The notes beneath the pieces were generated by a model, which made no database searches, was not told where the DNA came from, and saw only the letters and a list, made by a program, of their open reading frames with translations. From the NCBI RefSeq assembly GCF_006345805.1, contig NC_043000.1, positions 157,108,001 through 157,172,000 on the forward strand: a stretch of 64,000 bases of DNA. Reading direction: 5' to 3'. The DNA is from Octopus sinensis. Its lineage: Eukaryota. The position numbers were made by a program, and so were the translations under genes. This document shows, one piece after another, positions 63,248-64,000 of this stretch; position 1 is the first letter of the stretch; every line of letters starts with the position of its first letter.

Positions 63248-63683
63248 TACTCTTCTACTCTTTTACTTATTTCAGTCATTTGATTGTGGCCATGCTGGAG
63301 CACCGCCTTTAGTCGAGGAAATCGACCCCAAGACTTATTCTTTGTAAGCCTAGTACTTATTCTATCGGTCTCTTTCGCCGAACCGTTTGGTTACGGGGAC
63401 GTAAACACACCAGCATCAGTTGTCAAGCGATGTTGGGGGACAAACGCAGACACACAAACATAGACACACTCATAGACACACACACACATATATATATACA
63501 TATATATATATACATATATATGACGGGCTTCGTTCAGTTTCCATCTACCAAATCCACTCACAAGGCTTTGGTCGGCCCGAGGCTATAGTAGAAGACACTT
63601 GCCCAAGGTGCCACGCAATGGGACTGAACCCGGAACCACGTGGCTGGTAAACAAGCTACTTACCACACAGCCACTCCTACGCC
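63248..63683 (-). mobile_element. SINE-A, full length
   Basis: Complete from head to tail. Confidence 0.92.
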
Positions 63684-64000
63684 ATATTCTCTGATTGCCA
63701 TATTTTCTGAAGTTTGAAGAGTTTATTTTATCACTCTAGTTTACTCACATGACCAACGTATGCAACGTTTTCATCAATTCTGATATGCTTGTAGCATTTA
63801 CCATTGCAAACAAGAAGATAAGCTAATGATATCTGGTTAACAATATATCATCGATTGACTTTCAAATATGATAAAAAACCCCATCACTTTGTCCCAAGAA
63901 AATGCTAAGTCCAGCATTAATTGTCTTTACTAACAGCAGAAAGAAATAACTATGGAGTATGATCAAGAGATTAAATCCATCATAGTCTATGTGGATTCGA

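Overview
Eukaryotic, AT-rich, microsatellite-dense intronic or intergenic DNA. The SINE, Dong/R4, RTE and Penelope content points to an Octopus genome (inference from repeat content only). No host protein-coding gene is recognisable; a few short segments with canonical splice signals are only exon candidates. All convincing protein homology belongs to decayed mobile elements: two CR1-type LINEs, one L1/Tx1-type LINE, an RTE 3' end, R4/Dong 3' ends, a Penelope RT/GIY-YIG fragment and a mariner remnant. There are also pogo/Tigger-like MITEs, a Helitron-like element, a foldback element and more than 25 tRNA-derived SINE copies. The labels SINE-A, B, C and D are mine. Highlights: (1) a 358-nt unit at 42031-42388 bracketed by two type I hammerhead ribozyme motifs, whose halves pair into a rod-like fold (retrozyme-like), plus two further hammerhead motifs at about 7.3 kb and 36.2 kb; (2) three SINE families whose 3' tails each match the 3' end of a different LINE clade present in this window, two with covarying hairpins; (3) a polarised array of SINE-B-like copies separated by the same repeated target sequence; (4) head-once, body-repeated SINE multimers sharing one palindromic junction; (5) combinatorial swapping of SINE head and tail modules. 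All alignments and folds were done by eye and need computational confirmation.
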